Source: Azolla caroliniana
Taxonomy: Eukaryota; Plantae; Polypodiophyta
DNA: 64,000 nt
Assembly (NCBI GenBank): GCA_043228905.1
Contig: JBHGNT010000012.1
Span: 2,790,001 to 2,854,000, forward strand
Direction: 5' to 3'
A program made the translations under genes and the position numbers. This document shows positions 63,140-64,000 of this stretch, in pieces (position 1 is the stretch's first letter; each line of letters begins with the position of its first letter). Below the pieces are notes generated by a model, which had not been told where the DNA came from, made no database searches, and saw only the letters and a program-made list of their open reading frames with translations.

Positions 63140-64000
63140 ATGGCACGACATTCTATTTTCATAAAGATAGTCAAGGAAATTGACACAGAGCTGATCACTG
63201 AGAAGGCCATCCATGCGTTGATTGGCCTTCCGGAAGGGGGCATCTTCACTATCGACCACCCTACCCCGGAGCAGCTCCGAAAATATTTTGGGGAATACTC
63301 TCTGGCCAGCAAGGCCTACCCGACACAAGGCTGCGAAGATCCACTCTTTCGAGAGATTGCCCGGGTGCTCCATGAATTTGGACATGTATACCCTCGACCC
63401 CCGTGCGTGCCTCAGAACCGGGCCAACTTAATCATAGCAACATCTGAAGGCATGAAGGTGGACTGGCTAGTACTGGTTGCGGATGGCCTCTATGCGGCCA
63501 TCGACTCTGTAAGAGGCAAGGAGGGTCGGAAGATGTGGACGGTAGTGGTGCAATGGCTCACCCTATTGGCGCCACCTATCGAGCCCGTCAAGACCACGAA
63601 GCGGGGGAGAACAACCGAAGGCCCCCCGAAAACGGCCTCGAAACGGCAATAGATATTGGCTTCTTAGGCAACCAAAGGGAAGGCAGCCGATACGGACCAG
63701 GCGGCAAAGGAGCGCGCCAATAGGAAGCGGCAGGCGGAAATGCAGGAGGAGCAACCGACACGACCAATCAAGATCAGGCTTCACCAACCGGCTCAACAAG
63801 CGCCAGACCCCTTGGCAGCGAAAATCAACATCGGGACTCAGGAGGAGGAACCTTTAGAGCACCTCCAGCGACGCCAGAAGGCAAGCACCTCTGAACAGGC
63901 CGGGGAGCGTTCGGACCCAAAGAAGGATGGAACGCTTGTACCTTGCACTGAGTAGCCCGCACCAAGGATGGAACCGGAACCGGTTCGGACAGAACCGGTC
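63140..64000 (+). CDS. Extra ORF downstream of Gypsy pol, unknown function; internal stop at about 63652
   Basis: 170-aa ORF followed by in-frame charged sequence (63740-63955), separated from the integrase by an A-rich spacer. Confidence 0.6.

Larger units (their letters stand above)
50959..64000 (+). mobile_element. Non-chromovirus Gypsy element: 5' LTR about 50959-51438, gag, protease, RT, RNase H, integrase and an extra 3' ORF; runs off the window
   Basis: LTR starts TGTCGTGG; PBS TGGCGACCACG (tRNA-Arg type) at 51444. Coding: gag 51.5-53.3 kb, IIDGGSGVN protease, CVDYRKLN and FLDGFNGYNQI RT, VFVDASDIAIG RNase H, HCG...GHY...CDLC and WGLDFV integrase (to 62973). Interrupted by Copia C. 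Confidence 0.93.

Overview
Plant nuclear DNA, most likely from a fern or other seed-free vascular plant (inferred from the PPR and retroelement types; the species cannot be read from the sequence). The left third holds one apparently intact five-exon class I KNOX homeobox gene (minus strand, 17152/17122 to 9316, about 678 aa), surrounded by LINE 3' fragments and microsatellites. From 27 kb on, the window is mostly nested transposons: several Gypsy elements, three Copia elements with resolvable LTRs and target-site duplications, a solo LTR, LINE fragments and a PPR pseudogene. The most unusual feature is at 45.7-50.1 kb and is invisible in the ORF track because it is spliced and decayed. It is an intron-containing, bacterial-type beta-class amino-DNA-methyltransferase gene (DIPYG ... 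NPYQKP ... FGT|xTT ... ALEKD), lying head-to-head about 200 bp from a DDE-type (DUF7869/Sola-like) transposase gene. This suggests a plant DNA transposon that carries its own m6A/m4C methyltransferase. A second notable feature is a tandem repeat in KNOX intron 4 that duplicates the exon-5 splice acceptor in frame, which could yield homeodomain-truncated isoforms. All exon boundaries and counts were derived by hand; family assignments need HMM confirmation.
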